From NCBI GenBank assembly GCA_963727445.1, contig CAVSGI010000016.1:19778-83777 (forward strand): DNA of 64,000 bases, written 5' to 3'. The position numbers and the translations under genes were made by a program. The DNA is from an uncultured delta proteobacterium. GTDB taxonomy: Bacteria; Myxococcota_A; Polyangia; Polyangiales; B10-G4. The notes beneath the pieces were generated by a model. The model was not told the DNA's origin. It ran no database searches and worked only from the letters and a program-made list of their open reading frames with translations. Shown here in pieces: positions 61,150 through 64,000 of the stretch. The first letter of the stretch is position 1. Each line of letters begins with the position of its first letter.

Positions 61150-62801
61150 AGAACGCGGCCCTCTTCGTCGCGCTCGCGCTCTTCGCCGCTGCTTGTGGTG
61201 CGGCGCCGCTCGAGACCCACGTGGCCCACGACAGTGGAGCCGCCTGGCAGCGGGAGGGCGCCGACCCGGTCGGAGAGCGGATGCGGGAGCTCGCCCGTCG
61301 TCTCGAGGGCGCCGGCCTGAGCATGGACGGCCCGAGCGGTCGGGGCTTCTTGACCGCGCGGGAGCAGCACACCGAGGAGCTCGTGGTGCCGCCGGGTCGA
61401 TGCGCGACGATCGTCGCGATGACCTCGCGCGGGATCCGGGACCTGGACGCGACCCTCTTCGCGCCGAGCGGGGACGTGCTGGCCGAAGACGTGGAGCCGG
61501 ACGCCCACCCGACGATCCAGGTCTGCGCCACCGGCAGCGAGCCCCGGCGCCTCTACTACTCCCTCAACGCGTACGACGGCGCCGGCAGCTTTCTCTTCGT
61601 CGCGTTTCTCGGCGACAGGCACTCCTTCGTGGACGCCGCCAACATCATCGGCGGCCAACCGGGCGTGGTGAGCGACGGCGACGGCCAGAGCGACCAGGAC
61701 GTGCGCCTGCACGAGCTGGCGCAGGGTGTCGCGCGGCGCGGCTTCCGCCCGCTGGGCACACCGGTGCCAGTGCCACTGGTGCCGGACCAGAGGGTGCGGC
61801 TGCCGCTGCGGGCCGAGCTGGGCACCTGTTACACCGTGCTCGCGCTCGGGATGCCGGGGCTCGACGACCTGAACCTCCGAGTGCTCGCGGACGACGGCGA
61901 GGAGCTGGCGCGGGATGTCTCGCCCAGTCGCGACGCCTCGGTGCAGCTCTGTGCGCCGCGCGCCGGCGACTTCGCGGTGGAGGTGCATGCCGCGGGTGGG
62001 CAGGGGCAGGCGCGTGTGGCCTTCTTCAGCGGGGAGCAGGCCCGCGTCGGGGGCGAGAGCGGGCTCTGGCTCGGCGAGCGGGGGCGCGGGCGGCGCGCCG
62101 CGCAAAGGGTCGAGGAAGCGACGGCAGAGCGCGTCGCCGAGGCGACGCAGAACGGTTGGCGGCGAGGCGCCACCGTCGACGGGGCGCTCTCGAGTGGTGA
62201 AGCACAGCGCCATCGCGTCTCCCTCGCGGGCGGGCGGTGCTCGCTCCTCCTCGCGACGGGCGGCCGCGGGATCGGGCGGCTCTTCATCCGCGTGGTCGAT
62301 GCCGAGGGGCGGACGCTCGTGGAGCGCGGCGGCGATTCCTCGTGGACCACCGCGCGGGTCTGCGCCGAGCGCGCGATGGAGGTGAACGTGGAGATCGTCT
62401 CCCGCCGGGGGGAGGGCCGCTTCACCCTCACGCAGCTCACCAAAGCGCCTCCCGCGGAGGTCGAGGGGCTGGCGCCGGTCACGGGCGGTGCGCTCCTCGA
62501 CGCCCTCGAGGAGGCGCGCGGTGCGGGGTACGAGCTGGCCGACCGCAGCACCACCACCGCGCCCCTTCGTTCCGCGGCCGTCTTTCGCGGCAGCGGCTGC
62601 CACCGCGTCGACGCCATCGCGCGCGGCGCGGGCGGACGCGTCGCCGTCAGCCTCCGCCGCGGCTCGGCCGTGATCTCCCATCAGGTCGGAGCCCACGCCA
62701 CCGTCGAGAGCTGCGAGCCGGGCTCGGAGCTACGCCTCTTCGCCGAGCCCATCGAAGGCGACGGCGCGGCGCTGCTGCTGCGTTTCGAAAAGGCGCGCTG
62801 A
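61146..62801 (+). CDS. Lipoprotein with 4 CY..DLDL domains (last one degenerate)
   Basis: AAA-C lipobox; PGRCA, LGTCY, GGRCS, GSGCH units. Confidence 0.8.
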   Translation: MKNAALFVALALFAAACGAAPLETHVAHDSGAAWQREGADPVGERMRELARRLEGAGLSMDGPSGRGFLTAREQHTEELVVPPGRCATIVAMTSRGIRDLDATLFAPSGDVLAEDVEPDAHPTIQVCATGSEPRRLYYSLNAYDGAGSFLFVAFLGDRHSFVDAANIIGGQPGVVSDGDGQSDQDVRLHELAQGVARRGFRPLGTPVPVPLVPDQRVRLPLRAELGTCYTVLALGMPGLDDLNLRVLADDGEELARDVSPSRDASVQLCAPRAGDFAVEVHAAGGQGQARVAFFSGEQARVGGESGLWLGERGRGRRAAQRVEEATAERVAEATQNGWRRGATVDGALSSGEAQRHRVSLAGGRCSLLLATGGRGIGRLFIRVVDAEGRTLVERGGDSSWTTARVCAERAMEVNVEIVSRRGEGRFTLTQLTKAPPAEVEGLAPVTGGALLDALEEARGAGYELADRSTTTAPLRSAAVFRGSGCHRVDAIARGAGGRVAVSLRRGSAVISHQVGAHATVESCEPGSELRLFAEPIEGDGAALLLRFEKAR

Positions 62802-62825
62802 GGTCGTCGGGGTCAGCGCCCCCGG

Positions 62826-63886
62826 CTATGCGCGTGACCTCTGGGCGCTGCGCGCCCGACGGCCTCGCTCCGCTTCGGCGGCGCTTCGCCTTCTTGGAAT
62901 TACTTCTGCGTCGTAGAAGCCGGCGCTGGAGACCTCTGCGTCGTCTTCGCTTTCGGGCTCGGGCTCGTCGCCGCTGATGACGCCGGTGCTCGCGCGCTCC
63001 ACCATCGCGACGCAGAGGTCGCCGAACTCGTAGCCGGCGCCCTTGGCGATCTTGGGCAGGAGCGAGGTCGCGGTGAGGCCGGGGATGGTGTTCACCTCGA
63101 GCACGTACTCGTTGTCGCCTTCGGTGACGAGGAAGTCGACCCTCGTGGCCCCCGTCGCACCGAGGGCGGCGTTCGCCCGCTCCGCGATGTTGAGCACGCC
63201 CTTGTAGCGGGTCGGCGTGAGGCGGGCGGGGAAGTGGTAGCGGCTCTGGCCGGGCTGGTACTTCGACTTGTAGTCGTAGAAGGCGCCGAGGGGCTCGATC
63301 TCGAGGGCGCCCAGGGCGCGACCGTCGAGCAGGCCCACCGTGACCTCGCGTCCGCCCACGAAGCGCTCGACCAGGACCGAGGTGTCGAAGCGACCGGCTT
63401 CCTCGACGCGATGGCGCAGCTCGGTCATGTCGTTGGCGCGACCGGCGCCGACGCTCGAGCCGCCACGACGGGGCTTGACGAAGACCGGGAAGCCGAAGGA
63501 GCCGTGGATCTCCTCGAGGTCGTCGAGCCGGTCGCGATCCACCGCGTAGTACGGGGGCGTCGGCACGTTGTAGAGCCGGAAGAGCTCCTTGGACTTCAGC
63601 TTGTCCATGGACAGTGCGCTCGCGAGCACCCCGGAGCCCGTGTAGGGGATCCCGAGAAGCTCGAGCAGGCCCTGGATGCAGCCGTCCTCACCGTACGTGC
63701 CGTGCAGCGCGAGGAACGCGACATCGATCGGTGTCTGACGCAGGACGCAATCGATGTCCTGGTCGACGAGATCTGCGTCACGACGAAGCCACGCTCTTCC
63801 AGCGCGCTGGCCACCGCTTCACCACTCTTGAGCGAGACCTCGCGCTCCGCGCTCATGCCACCCATCAGGACTCCGACGTGTTTCAT
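62826..63886 (-). CDS. ddl: D-alanine--D-alanine ligase (indels near 63745-63775)
   Basis: GGMSAEREVSLKSG, LHGTYGEDG, MDK, VKP..GGSSVG, YDYKSKY, LEVNTIPG. Confidence 0.93.
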
Positions 63887-64000
63887 CAACCGTCTCTCCA
63901 TGAAAAACCCGGGCCAACCCGGAACGGTTCGTAATTCACTAATCCAAGCGCGTTCGGGGTGGCTCTGCCGCGTTCGTACGGCCACGAGGCCGAGTCGCCC

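Overview
High-GC bacterial window, most consistent with a myxobacterium (Myxococcota). Support for that: Ser/Thr kinases, an FHA-sigma54 activator, IgGFc-binding, RCC1 and Cys-rich lipoproteins, and the deltaproteobacterial rpsP-khpA-rimM-trmD-SPOUT-rplS operon. Bases 1-24.5 kb hold a surface-glycan locus: PglF/E/C/D-like enzymes, three nucleotide-sugar dehydrogenases, fcl, epimerases, Wzc, an O-antigen-ligase/TPR protein, a GT2 and two nucleotidyltransferases, with three repeat-rich surface lipoprotein genes interleaved. The remainder contains, in order: PP2C; a UDG operon with a hyper-acidic beta-propeller protein; an arsS/AhpD-like pair; a kinase/FHA-activator module bracketed by two sigma54 promoters; a metallophosphoesterase-like/tetraheme cytochrome fusion; the trmD operon; an Rrf2-cysK-sulfur carrier-cysM-JAB-larE-amrA operon; a kinase coupled to four exported proteins built from about 12 copies of one unnamed 2-Cys domain; and ddl. 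Two structured intergenic repeat elements occur (26.5 kb and 50.1 kb). No rRNA, tRNA, CRISPR array or transposase was recognised. Many genes carry indels, including ddl, which most likely reflects assembly error rather than true pseudogenes. All product calls come from motif recognition, not database searches.
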